IMG/VR virus record: IMGVR_UViG_3300005096_000116
Span: 1-45,650 of that record
From: a virus
DNA length: 45,650 bases
Direction: 5' to 3' (one strand)
How positions within the stretch are numbered: the stretch's first letter is position 1; each line of letters starts with the position of its first letter. Below the pieces are notes generated by a model, which worked only from the letters and a program-made list of their open reading frames with translations, had not been told where the DNA came from and made no database searches. This document shows positions 17,559 to 27,038 of the stretch, in pieces. Made by a program: the position numbers and the translations under genes.

Positions 17559-20111
17559 TCAACTACCACCAACATCCACTCTTGGAATAACAGACAATAT
17601 CGCCATAGGCAGCGGTGAGCGTTGTTCAATGCGTACCCCGCCACCCTTGCTCCACTGCGGATCGATGACCACTTCTTGCTTATAAGTCCTCAATGCAATC
17701 TGATCATACCCGTCTGCGTCAAAGCGAGGTTTAATCTCCTGGAATGTGACCTGCTCACCACTGGTTGCATCTTTCCGGCCGCCGACGAACCCACCACGCG
17801 ACCCTTCAACTTCAATGAACACTTTAGACACTGACACTGACTTCGATTTCACCTGTTCCTGTGCAGTGTCGATATCAAGTAACTCAATAGTAGGGGTATA
17901 AGACAACCCTGCGTGTACTTTATTAGCAGCACGATCAAGTGTGACAGATCCGGACGATACAGTCTTACCTTCAACCACGTAACCATCGGCCAGAATGTCA
18001 ACAGTTTCACCTTCGAGATGATCTAAACCTGAAACAGTTGTTATAACTATGAGCGAATTCCCACCTGTTGTGTATGCAGTGAACAATGTACCATCGACAC
18101 CTGATAGTTCAAAAGTGGTAGCAGTGACATTAGCGATAATGTAGACGTTATCATTCAATTCAGTCATACCGACAACATCTTCTATACGAACACTTTCACC
18201 GTTGCTGTAATTATGTGAAGTTATAGTGGTAATAACAACAGGGTTTGATTGAATAGCACCTGTTATTACTGCGGATATACCGTTATAACTCAGACCTGAA
18301 TCAACATAGAAAGCATCTTCAGCGATTTTACTTTCACGTTTCTCAATTCGTTCAACATACCGCACAGTCGAACCGTTAATTGTTCGTTTAACAATGACAT
18401 ACGTCGCATCACGGTTATCTTCACTAATGGTGGCCACTGACTCAAATTCGCCAGCAGCGCCGGTGGTATGATGATGCCAACCCCACACCTGTTGTTCGCG
18501 TTGGTAAGTCAGCCCGAGCATCACACCGTCGTTACGCACGCACCACAGTATTCCATAAGGTTCAGCAGCAAACGCCATCTCAAGAATCGTCTGATCTTCA
18601 AACAGATGCTCAGACATCAGTGATAAATCGTTACCGGTATATTTATCACTACTAAATTCATATCCAAGGTCACGTATCCGGGCACTCTTTTCTTGCAGGT
18701 ACAGCGCCGTACTGTTGACAATTACAGGTTTAACCCATGACGCACCATTGTATGACTGAATGCGTGCACCAATCGTCGATGGTGTAAGCACTTCATCTCG
18801 ACCTTCAGTGACTTTCCACTCACCTCCGGAGGTCAACAGGATCATGGCATCAAGTGAAATGATGTGCCGGATCTCATTCACCTGTTGAGCGGCAATGGTG
18901 AACGTCACAGCGTCGTCGTCGCGCGCCGGGTTTGATGTACGCAATGAGTTAAAATTATTCGTCTGCGTCGTAAAGGTCGCCTGCGGTTCATTATTCGTGT
19001 TAGCGAACACCTGACGTTGCTGATAATAACTGACTACCGCTGGCTTATCATCAACAGCGGTGAACGGTTGTCTATCTTCAGGCGGCGCATCACTGGTGAT
19101 CGGTGCAATATTGTAATCGTCAAACGTGTTGTTGTTTGAGTCACCTATCCAGCCGAAAACCTGTGTATTATTAGAAGGGTCTTTATATATCCGGTAATAG
19201 CTGGCACCTGACACAGCACCCCAGGACAACCTGACACCACCCGTCACTGATAATGAACCTGTAGTGATAGATGACGACGATGATGCTAACGATTCAACTC
19301 CGTCGCTGTCAACAGCAGTGACAACATAAGTGTAAGTTTTGTCATAAGTACCAAAACCTGAACCGACAGTTGTCGCAGCGGTAGTACGTGTTGCAGTACC
19401 ACCAGAAGTATAGGCACTGTGCAACGTTGAATCTTCACCATCGAGTTGAAAACTGTTAGCATCAATCACTGTTATTCTAAATGAACGACCATTGACTTCC
19501 GTCATTCCAACAACAGCAGCGATGTCAACAATGTTACCGGTTGAAAAAGTGTGACCCGTAGCAGTAACAACAGCAGGGTTTGCTTGTGTGATGCCTGTGA
19601 TCGTTTTAACAGTGTCTCCTGCAAAAGTAGGTGCAGTGACTGTCGATGCATAACTGATCACTGTCAGTGTCCAGTTGTCATCGGCCAGCCGATTAAGATT
19701 GCGCGGATCATGACTGGGGTGAGTAATGGTCATCACATCAGCATTTTGCGTATAACTAAGTCGAGATAGTTGAGCTTCAGTATATGGTGTGGTCAATTCA
19801 AAGATGGCAGGACCACTGCCGGCCAGCACATAACCACCTGCTTTAATGACGCGCATTTTCAAGTGTTCAAAGACGAGCATGTAAGTTTGTTCAGTATTGA
19901 AACTGAACGGTATTAATCGACCAACATTAGATGAATTACCCAACTCACCGATGAACTTCAATCCAGGACGTGAATAAACACCACCTTGAGCACGCACAAA
20001 GAAATTCTCACAGAGGTTTAACCCTGTCGAATATTTGATAATGTCAGCGCGTGACTGTAACGACGGTGAAATCTCACCTGATGTAAAACTCCGTTGAATG
20101 ATTTCTGGCAC
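17559..20111 (-). CDS. Tail tubular protein B-like / nozzle protein with two inserted FCCH/SH3-like repeat domains and an Fn3-like domain (850 aa)
   Basis: Size and position after the 217-aa adaptor-like gene. Two paralogous approx 68-aa segments (ITQANPAVVTATGHTF...GMTEVNG...YTSGG and IQSNPVVITTITSHNY...GMTELND...YTTGG). Confidence 0.5.
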   Translation of the reverse strand: MPEIIQRSFTSGEISPSLQSRADIIKYSTGLNLCENFFVRAQGGVYSRPGLKFIGELGNSSNVGRLIPFSFNTEQTYMLVFEHLKMRVIKAGGYVLAGSGPAIFELTTPYTEAQLSRLSYTQNADVMTITHPSHDPRNLNRLADDNWTLTVISYASTVTAPTFAGDTVKTITGITQANPAVVTATGHTFSTGNIVDIAAVVGMTEVNGRSFRITVIDANSFQLDGEDSTLHSAYTSGGTATRTTAATTVGSGFGTYDKTYTYVVTAVDSDGVESLASSSSSITTGSLSVTGGVRLSWGAVSGASYYRIYKDPSNNTQVFGWIGDSNNNTFDDYNIAPITSDAPPEDRQPFTAVDDKPAVVSYYQQRQVFANTNNEPQATFTTQTNNFNSLRTSNPARDDDAVTFTIAAQQVNEIRHIISLDAMILLTSGGEWKVTEGRDEVLTPSTIGARIQSYNGASWVKPVIVNSTALYLQEKSARIRDLGYEFSSDKYTGNDLSLMSEHLFEDQTILEMAFAAEPYGILWCVRNDGVMLGLTYQREQQVWGWHHHTTGAAGEFESVATISEDNRDATYVIVKRTINGSTVRYVERIEKRESKIAEDAFYVDSGLSYNGISAVITGAIQSNPVVITTITSHNYSNGESVRIEDVVGMTELNDNVYIIANVTATTFELSGVDGTLFTAYTTGGNSLIVITTVSGLDHLEGETVDILADGYVVEGKTVSSGSVTLDRAANKVHAGLSYTPTIELLDIDTAQEQVKSKSVSVSKVFIEVEGSRGGFVGGRKDATSGEQVTFQEIKPRFDADGYDQIALRTYKQEVVIDPQWSKGGGVRIEQRSPLPMAILSVIPRVDVGGS

Positions 20112-20113
20112 GT

Positions 20114-20767
20114 TTATCTCCTGACGGTTTCAAATTCAGACAACGGCGGTTCACTGGCTCCTTCATTCAAATCATCAGCGATGGCTGCGCTCAAATATTC
20201 TTTATACATTTGCAATGAGTCACTGCGTAACTGTCGCCCGACTTCGGCACCAATTAACGGTATAGCCAGCTCAGATGATATCAGGTGCGATAACGCCATG
20301 ATCATATCTTCACTGAATAAATTCGGATCTGTCACCTTTGCAGTGTAACTGATGCGTAAATCTGATTCGTTTGCACCGATCAATTTAACATCATCAAAAT
20401 TAAATACTTCATAAGGGATAATCGGTTGTGTGTCTCTAATCGGTAATAACTGACTGTCGAGTAACCGTGACACAATAGCGGCATCCGCATTTGATAACTC
20501 TTCATGAGCACCGACGAGTCGTTTAATTTTCAAACAATCATTCGGGTATTGATAAGCAGTCGACCAGTTAAATATATCCGTGGTAGACACAGCGAGTGTT
20601 CTGATTTTGTTATTGAATCCCCACGATTCTTTGAGCACTCTATTACGCAGAATCGGGTATTTCAATTTACACTGTTGTGCCTGAAGGTTGCTTTCATCGA
20701 GGGAATTTATACTACCTGCACGAATGTTTGACAATCCCAGGTTACATATTTCTACTTCGCTAGTCAT
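20114..20767 (-). CDS. Tail tubular protein A-like / head-tail adaptor (217 aa)
   Basis: N-terminal EICNLGLSNIRAGSINSLDESNLQAQQCKLKYP motif, which I recall from podovirus adaptor / tubular A-type proteins; position. Confidence 0.45.
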   Translation of the reverse strand: MTSEVEICNLGLSNIRAGSINSLDESNLQAQQCKLKYPILRNRVLKESWGFNNKIRTLAVSTTDIFNWSTAYQYPNDCLKIKRLVGAHEELSNADAAIVSRLLDSQLLPIRDTQPIIPYEVFNFDDVKLIGANESDLRISYTAKVTDPNLFSEDMIMALSHLISSELAIPLIGAEVGRQLRSDSLQMYKEYLSAAIADDLNEGASEPPLSEFETVRR

Positions 20768-20783
20768 AATCTGTTACCTGTTT

Positions 20784-21056
20784 TCATTTATTCATTGCCG
20801 CTTCGCCACCCTTCACGACAGTTTCGCTTGCTGCGTAAATACCGACATTCCACTTCGTAAAATCAGCCCATGCAGCAAATACAGCAATCATAGCCACTGA
20901 ATCAGCAGAGTTAAATGTGGCATATAAAGCCCACGCAATAACAATAGCCTCAAGCCATACCATCATCCATAACCGCGTACCCTTACTCGGAATCTTCTTG
21001 TAAATTTCTTCGACCATCGTTTCATCCTCAACCATTGATTTGCTATTAGCGCCCAC
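20784..21056 (-). CDS. Small membrane protein, 2 predicted TM segments (90 aa)
   Basis: Hydrophobic stretches LWMMVWLEAIVIAWALYATF and VAMIAVFAAWADF. Confidence 0.5.
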   Translation of the reverse strand: MGANSKSMVEDETMVEEIYKKIPSKGTRLWMMVWLEAIVIAWALYATFNSADSVAMIAVFAAWADFTKWNVGIYAASETVVKGGEAAMNK

Positions 21057-21063
21057 AGTGCTG

Positions 21064-21486
21064 TTACGGCAACGGTGTAGCCGTCTGTCCAGTTATTGCC
21101 GGAGTCGTCGGCATTACCGTTGGTGGCTTTGGGGGCATCACTATTGGCAGAACCTCATGCACCCATTCATCAGTTGTATAAGTAGACACTCTTCCTTGTT
21201 TGTCAGTTGCTGTAGCAGTTGCATAAAGCGTTTTACCAGCGAATAGATTGTTATCAACTACCCACTGACAGGCTGTGGTATTTACCGGGCCGAGCTCATA
21301 AGCACCTGTTGCGAATCCGTAATACCAGTTAATGGTATCGCCTTCGACTGTCCAATCAATCGGATCGCCGTTCTCACGTTCGGTTGGATATGCGCAGTTA
21401 AGATTGCTCAGAGGTTCTTTCAATGGATCAACTGGTGCAGCGATCACGTTAAAAGAGAGAAGTAAAAGCAAGAGTAGTTTTTTCAT
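21064..21486 (-). CDS. Secreted protein with N-terminal signal peptide, Fn3-like core and Pro-rich tail (140 aa)
   Basis: MKKLLLLLLLSFNVIAAP signal-peptide-like N-terminus; YATATATDKQGRVS pattern; C-terminal PPKPPTVMPTTP. Confidence 0.65.
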   Translation of the reverse strand: MKKLLLLLLLSFNVIAAPVDPLKEPLSNLNCAYPTERENGDPIDWTVEGDTINWYYGFATGAYELGPVNTTACQWVVDNNLFAGKTLYATATATDKQGRVSTYTTDEWVHEVLPIVMPPKPPTVMPTTPAITGQTATPLP

Positions 21487-21494
21487 ATTAATAC

Positions 21495-23000
21495 CTATTT
21501 AAAAAGTTTCGACCATTTAATGCCAGGCACTTCCCCGCCATTACTTGAAGTGGCGGCATGTAAACAATCAAGCGAAACCTGCAAGCCCCCGCGTTTGCTC
21601 TCAATAAGACAGGCAAAAGCCCCCTCACCAACAACACATTTGTATTCAAGTCCTCTGCCGGTTGCACCCTGCTGTAAACCATTTATCTGTCCGTGCAATC
21701 CAGGGTTCCAGCCAACATTGCCCGATAACACGCAATAAATTGGTGCAGAGTTCTTATTCTTACCTGTGTCAACAAACACGCCACCCCCATGCGTATCACC
21801 CATTACAAAGATGGTGCGGTAAGGATTTCCATTTGAGCGAATATAATCAAATATCTCGTCTCGCTCATAGGTATACCCTTTCCAGCCATACCAGTTTGCA
21901 GTGTCTTGATCCCATCCATGATTACCATCAAGCATGTTTCCGCTTATAACAACTAGATACTTCTGTGTATTAGAATCAACAGTTGCTTTCAACCATGCCT
22001 TTTGCGCTGCGCCAAGTTTAGATTTGCTTGGCGAATCAGCGTTAAAGCGATAATCACCATCAGTTGTTGTATCCTTCACGATAACTCTACATGGCGGCAC
22101 ATCGACATAATAATAATGGTGATCGCTAACGTAAGGAGTCCACGGTGTATCTTGCTCTACAAGTGCTTTGTTTAGCGACATATAAAGCTCTTGCCCGGTA
22201 TCTCTGCCCGTTACCCACCGAGTTGCTTCATCGCCTACTGCAATCGCGCGACCACTACAGTCATTAAATGCTCTGCCGTGATCTCCCCACATATAATATG
22301 ACGGTACGCCGACCTTAAACTCAGCCATTGTATTGCCTTGCGCGTATGTACGACTACCGCCCCCAGTTGACGCTAAATATCCAAGATTATTCAATCCAGA
22401 ATATGTATTAATAAAGTTTGTCCGGTATTTATCGGCGGTTGCATCAACGTGTGCTGGCGGGTTAAAAAACTCACCTGCTGCATAAGCTGTTGGCACGGCT
22501 GGAAAGTTGCTTTGAATGTCGGAGTAATAAATATCATCATTATGGATAGCGAAATCCAAGTTATGATTAAGAAGTCTTGAGAAAACAGCGGAGTACTGAG
22601 CAGCGCCGTCATTTGTCTTTAACGGATGCCAAGGAGCACAGCCTATAACTGCAGCTTTCCAGTTAGATACCTCATTCGATAATGTTTTAATACTTCCTGC
22701 TGTAAATGTGGACTCTGTGCCGTATGTTGGCGCATCAACACCGTTGTCATGCTTTGTTCGCCAGTAAAATTTACGCCCCGATTTTAATCCAGTAACATAA
22801 GAAGTATCTCTATAATGGTGCAATGCGGCTACTGCAATAACGGTCGCAATAAACCCTTGTGTTACGCGCTTATATTCAGGATCATCAAATACCTCTAGCG
22901 TGAAATCACATGCCTGATCTGCGCGACATTGCACAGCAAAACCATCAGACGTTAACCCTCCTGCCCATGCGCCTTCCCGTGGCAATGTTACAGCAGCCAC
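21495..23000 (-). CDS. PhoD-like metallophosphoesterase (alkaline phosphatase D / phosphodiesterase family; 501 aa)
   Basis: N-terminal beta-sandwich pattern (YVTGLKSGRKFYWR). Metallophosphatase-like motifs IHNDDIYYSD, MWGDHGRAFND, LVVISGNMLDGNHGW, FVMGDTHGG, and LGAAQKAWL as in PhoD. Confidence 0.65.
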   Translation of the reverse strand: MAAVTLPREGAWAGGLTSDGFAVQCRADQACDFTLEVFDDPEYKRVTQGFIATVIAVAALHHYRDTSYVTGLKSGRKFYWRTKHDNGVDAPTYGTESTFTAGSIKTLSNEVSNWKAAVIGCAPWHPLKTNDGAAQYSAVFSRLLNHNLDFAIHNDDIYYSDIQSNFPAVPTAYAAGEFFNPPAHVDATADKYRTNFINTYSGLNNLGYLASTGGGSRTYAQGNTMAEFKVGVPSYYMWGDHGRAFNDCSGRAIAVGDEATRWVTGRDTGQELYMSLNKALVEQDTPWTPYVSDHHYYYVDVPPCRVIVKDTTTDGDYRFNADSPSKSKLGAAQKAWLKATVDSNTQKYLVVISGNMLDGNHGWDQDTANWYGWKGYTYERDEIFDYIRSNGNPYRTIFVMGDTHGGGVFVDTGKNKNSAPIYCVLSGNVGWNPGLHGQINGLQQGATGRGLEYKCVVGEGAFACLIESKRGGLQVSLDCLHAATSSNGGEVPGIKWSKLFK

Positions 23001-23001
23001 T

Positions 23002-24117
23002 TTATACCTCCGTTAACCAAAGAGTTCCAATAACTCCGGGTTTCGTGTAGGCATTAATATATGCATCAGTAGAAGTAGTTTTAATAGTTTCTGGATTACC
23101 AGAAATATTTGGTGAAGACGTGTTAGTTGTTGCGGGTTCGCCTCCAGACTGCACAACAATAGCGGGGCTACCTGTCAGGACATCTAGCGTTAGATCAGGC
23201 GTTGTTCCGTAGCCAACAACGGGTTCAGGTTTTGTTGGGTCTGTCCACGTTGCTGAATCTTGGAATGAATACCAGATAACAGGGTCAGTTGACGTAGGAG
23301 TATCTCTGTATAAATCAGCAGGAGAGGTGACAATTCCGCGTGCATTTCTATTTACAACTTGTGCCAGTGTAAGAGCAGATTTGTAAATCTTAAAATCATA
23401 CATTGTGCCGTCAAAGTTAGGCGCGCTTCCGATAGACTCGCCGATGTGCATGTACATACCTGTCGTATTAAATGTAACGGCAGCAGCAGTCATGCCAATA
23501 GATGTGCGCTTATCGGCCTGAGAGCCATCAATAAACACAGTAACCGAATCATCTGCACGGTCGATTGTAAATACAGGATGGTGTAAATTTGTGTCAGATG
23601 ATACGGTTGTTACGCCATTTGTTATTGAAAATACAATAGTCCCGGTTGCATCATTGAGATATACCTGATATTTCCATACCCCGCCACTTGGATAGAATAC
23701 AAGATCAAGCCTAGATACAGCACCGCCGCCCATAGACATATATCTGTCATTATTTGTTGTCGCAACTAATCCGTCTTTTTCAGCCCAAAACTCAAACGTA
23801 GCGGCATCTGTTGCAGATGCCAGTAACCCAGCAACCTCCGTATTCGCTGACCAATCCTGTGTGCCGTTATTATACCCGTCAGTATTGAGCGTCATCTGTG
23901 CGCCGAAGATACTGCTAACTGCCGACGCCCTCAAAAACACATCAACATTAGATATGGCGCGGTAGCTCTTGCCTGGCGTAATCGCTGTAAAAGTATGCGC
24001 GCCACCTGTTAACGTTAAAGGTATTGCTGCGCCTCGTTTTTGACCGATAACTTCTGCAACTGTATTTAATGCTTTATCGCCTTTTGAATCTTTTCTTGTG
24101 ACAGGTGCACCACTCAT
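23002..24117 (-). CDS. LamG / concanavalin-A-like lectin domain protein (371 aa)
   Basis: FDGTMYDFKIYKSALTLAQV and the preceding beta-rich region match the Laminin_G_3-type signature. Start overlaps the upstream ORF (ATGA). Confidence 0.55.
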   Translation of the reverse strand: MSGAPVTRKDSKGDKALNTVAEVIGQKRGAAIPLTLTGGAHTFTAITPGKSYRAISNVDVFLRASAVSSIFGAQMTLNTDGYNNGTQDWSANTEVAGLLASATDAATFEFWAEKDGLVATTNNDRYMSMGGGAVSRLDLVFYPSGGVWKYQVYLNDATGTIVFSITNGVTTVSSDTNLHHPVFTIDRADDSVTVFIDGSQADKRTSIGMTAAAVTFNTTGMYMHIGESIGSAPNFDGTMYDFKIYKSALTLAQVVNRNARGIVTSPADLYRDTPTSTDPVIWYSFQDSATWTDPTKPEPVVGYGTTPDLTLDVLTGSPAIVVQSGGEPATTNTSSPNISGNPETIKTTSTDAYINAYTKPGVIGTLWLTEV

Positions 24118-24431
24118 GATTCTTCCCCATACATTTGTTTAATACGATCATCGTCTTCACGTTCAATTTTCAATGAAGTTAACTGGAATCGAATCGATTT
24201 GTTAGAATCATTTTTACTACTGGATTCAGACTTATTATCGACAAACGCATACCCGCGTATTTCGACTACATCGCCGACACTCATACCTGAAGCCCCCAGT
24301 TCATCAATCATGTCATCTTCAACACTGATACTGGTGCCATACGGATAATAACTATCATCAGAACAGTATGTCATCCCCATCGATGATGAAGACTCCTTTT
24401 TAATTTTGACTTGACTATCTTCTTCCATCAT
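24114..24431 (-). CDS. Hypothetical acidic protein (105 aa)
   Basis: ORF track; tight coupling to neighbours. Confidence 0.55.
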   Translation of the reverse strand: MMEEDSQVKIKKESSSSMGMTYCSDDSYYPYGTSISVEDDMIDELGASGMSVGDVVEIRGYAFVDNKSESSSKNDSNKSIRFQLTSLKIEREDDDRIKQMYGEES

Positions 24432-24441
24432 GACTGTTCCC

Positions 24442-24732
24442 CTAAATTGTTTCTACAGACGAACCTGCTTCACCATCACCCAGGAACGACGCATCTGTAA
24501 TATCCTTATCATCCTGCTCAGACTTATCACCGTCAGCAGCAGTCTGTGACGCTTCCTGAGCTTCACGCTTCTTACGCACAGCTTCGGATTCTTTCGGCAT
24601 TTCAGTTAACCATGACGGCATAGGATTCTTTTTAGTGAACGGTTTCGCAGTGTCATACACATCACGTTTACCATCTGGCGAATACATTCTGCCGTCGATA
24701 AACCCCGGCGAAATTACTTTATATCTTGGCAT
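24442..24732 (-). CDS. Hypothetical protein (96 aa)
   Basis: ORF track; first gene after the post-capsid terminator. Confidence 0.55.
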   Translation of the reverse strand: MPRYKVISPGFIDGRMYSPDGKRDVYDTAKPFTKKNPMPSWLTEMPKESEAVRKKREAQEASQTAADGDKSEQDDKDITDASFLGDGEAGSSVETI

Positions 24733-24752
24733 TTCTCTATCCTCGATTCAGA

Positions 24753-24778
24753 GTTAAGAAAAGACCCCCGAAGGGGTC
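24753..24778 (-). terminator. Rho-independent terminator/attenuator after the capsid-decoration genes
   Basis: Minus strand reads gacccc-ttcg-ggggtc followed by ttttctt, 8 nt downstream of the 24786 stop. Confidence 0.75.
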
Positions 24779-24785
24779 AGTTCAA

Positions 24786-25217
24786 TTAAGCACCAGTGAC
24801 GTTCGTCTGGTTACCCATAGTGATGCCAGCTGTGATCTTACCAGTGGTCGGTGTAGTACCGACAACCACGTACTCGATACCAAGATACCGTTCAGTGATA
24901 TCGTTCGGCAACAGATGAGCGGGGAACTGATAACCGACCACCAAATCAGCAAGTAAAACGACTTTGCTGATAACGGTTGTACCCAAACCGGTAGTCGAAC
25001 CCGTAGAAATTTTAATCTCCAATGATGTCAGGTTATTAAAAGCTTCGGTAACCTGAACCAAAAGCGGAACACCTGCACCTTTACCAACGTCATCGTTGAG
25101 TGCAGCTGCGCCACCGTATGGTGTACCCGGTGTACCTAAATCGATGACGTTGGTAGAGTCAGCACTTGCTGTAATCGCCTGGTCATCAGAGAATATTTGT
25201 TGAGCTGAAAAAATCAT
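24786..25217 (-). CDS. Capsid decoration/cement protein (BPP-1 Bbp16-like, from memory; 143 aa)
   Basis: Position immediately after the major capsid gene; Gly/Thr-rich beta-type sequence; followed by a strong terminator. Confidence 0.5.
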   Translation of the reverse strand: MIFSAQQIFSDDQAITASADSTNVIDLGTPGTPYGGAAALNDDVGKGAGVPLLVQVTEAFNNLTSLEIKISTGSTTGLGTTVISKVVLLADLVVGYQFPAHLLPNDITERYLGIEYVVVGTTPTTGKITAGITMGNQTNVTGA

Positions 25218-25245
25218 AATGATCTCCTAAATTAAATTTAATAGT

Positions 25246-25267
25246 TACCCGGCTGTTACACCGGGTA
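25246..25267 (-). terminator. Weak hairpin/attenuator between the major capsid and decoration genes
   Basis: tacccgg / ccgggta 7-bp stem with an 8-nt loop, followed on the minus strand by an A/T-rich tract. Confidence 0.4.
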
Positions 25268-25276
25268 CTGATAACC

Positions 25277-26278
25277 TTAGACTACGCGAGCCTCAGTGTT
25301 GATGATGGCATCTGATTCACGAATTGGAATACCACGGTAAGTGGTAACTTCGTTACCTTGAACATCCGTACCAGTCTTCAGACGTATAAAGCTGTCAGAT
25401 GCACCTGCGTTCGTGGCCAGAGCATCAAGTGCTTCCAGTACATCACGATTACAGTAGATGGCAATATTGCCACCAGCTACACGGCGATTCTGCAATTTGT
25501 AATATGCTTTACGCATGAAGTCATACAGAGCCACTGAACCAGCAGCCATGTTGGATACATCGATGTTCGCAATACGCGATACATAACGCCAATCTTTAAC
25601 AGCCAGGCCGATGTGCCATGTGAACTTTTCTTCCATCGCGTAATACGCATTACCAGAACTGTCAGTAACACGCTGCTTACCCATGTCTTCACGCTGTACA
25701 CCAGCATTAGTACCTTTCGGATAAAGCAGGTTACATTGATTATCACCCCATGTAACGAACCAGACAGAGGTGTTATCGGAACCAGTGCCGCCGGCATCAA
25801 TGATCTGATTACCGTTCGCAGCTGATAAACTGTTGAACCGGGGTGCAAGACCCATGAACTCTTCAGGATCAGACGCACTGTTACCGTATATGACCTTAGT
25901 TGCGACTTCCTGTGACATCGCTTCAAGATACGATTGTGCTTCAGATAGTCGAACTGCACCTTCGTTTGTTGACAGATCCAGCAGACGTTTATCAACGGTG
26001 CTCAGACCTTCGACGAAACCTGTGGTGTCTTCAACCTGGGATGTTTTACCTTTACTGTTTGGGATGCCCTGATACAGCTTGCCCCAAGTTACAGTGGGCA
26101 GACCCGCTCGAACTGTGTGTAAATGAGTTGTACCCTTGTTACACTCGACTGCAATTGCATCGTCAAGCATAGGGTTCATTTCCATCAGCATTTCAATCAC
26201 TGCCACGAACTGACCGCGACCGTCTTGCTGCTTATAAACGTCGATTAAATCGACAAATGTTGCGCCTAAAGTAGCCAT
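25277..26278 (-). CDS. Major capsid protein (333 aa)
   Basis: Position after the scaffold; size; strong initiation context; flanked by attenuator and terminator hairpins. Confidence 0.8.
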   Translation of the reverse strand: MATLGATFVDLIDVYKQQDGRGQFVAVIEMLMEMNPMLDDAIAVECNKGTTHLHTVRAGLPTVTWGKLYQGIPNSKGKTSQVEDTTGFVEGLSTVDKRLLDLSTNEGAVRLSEAQSYLEAMSQEVATKVIYGNSASDPEEFMGLAPRFNSLSAANGNQIIDAGGTGSDNTSVWFVTWGDNQCNLLYPKGTNAGVQREDMGKQRVTDSSGNAYYAMEEKFTWHIGLAVKDWRYVSRIANIDVSNMAAGSVALYDFMRKAYYKLQNRRVAGGNIAIYCNRDVLEALDALATNAGASDSFIRLKTGTDVQGNEVTTYRGIPIRESDAIINTEARVV

Positions 26279-26297
26279 TGTTTAATTCCTCGTAATG

Positions 26298-27038
26298 TTA
26301 AGATTCGTTTGCTTTCGGATAAAGTGTTGTCACTCGATCTTTCGCTTGAGAAGTTACTGTACCTGTTGTGCCTGGTACATCTTCACCGAGCGTTCGACCA
26401 ACGTGAACCATGAACCGTACCATCTCAGGATGATTACCTAACCCATGATCTTCCAACACTTGTTTCAGTTCTGGCGTGCCATATTTAGTAATAGCAAGTT
26501 GTCCAACTTTGACGTTTTCATCGAACTTGTCTCCACCGAACTCTTTGTCATTCTTCGACTGTTCACGCCAGTCGTTCTTCAACTGATTGAATGCTTCTAT
26601 CTGCGCTTGCGAACCCGCCTGAACCTGCTTTGCGTAAAGATCGATAACCTTCTGAGCTTTCTCTTGCGTCAAACCTAACTCTTTAAAAAGAGGATCGGCA
26701 TTAGCAAGTGCAGTCTCATCAAGTTCTACCCCTTCAGGCATAACAAAGTCGGCATAGGTGTCGGGTGGCAGATCCGAATCTTCACTACCAGTGTCATCAG
26801 CCGCTGCATCAACAATAGATTGTGCAGCAGCCTTATCATCAGCAGACAACCCAGGGTCATCTGCATCAAGAATAGCTTGTGCAGCTGCAACTTCAGCAGC
26901 GGCATCGTCATTTGTTTCGGTGCCAGCTTGACCTTCATCAGCAGCACCCGTCAATAAAGTATCTGTAGCAGTGTCACCTGCTTCCGTTTGTACGCCTTCT
27001 GTTGCAGCAGCTTCGTCACTCATTGTAATCTTCCTCAA
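26298..27038 (-). CDS. Scaffolding protein (246 aa)
   Basis: Highly acidic, Ala/Asp/Glu-rich low-complexity N-terminus, helical C-terminus; located between portal and capsid. Confidence 0.7.
   Translation of the reverse strand: MRKITMSDEAAATEGVQTEAGDTATDTLLTGAADEGQAGTETNDDAAAEVAAAQAILDADDPGLSADDKAAAQSIVDAAADDTGSEDSDLPPDTYADFVMPEGVELDETALANADPLFKELGLTQEKAQKVIDLYAKQVQAGSQAQIEAFNQLKNDWREQSKNDKEFGGDKFDENVKVGQLAITKYGTPELKQVLEDHGLGNHPEMVRFMVHVGRTLGEDVPGTTGTVTSQAKDRVTTLYPKANES

Noticed and set aside
21488-21682. 64-aa track ORF overlapping the 3' end of the PhoD-like gene
   Set aside because: It is an alternative frame of a gene with clear motifs up to its C-terminus and has no independent signal.
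17559-25217. Diversity-generating retroelement, considered because the head module (Bbp16/17/19-like order) recalls Bordetella phage BPP-1
   Set aside because: No reverse transcriptase ORF exists anywhere in the genome, and I saw no template/variable repeat pair with adenine-specific differences. The two repeats in the nozzle protein are old, divergent domain duplicates.
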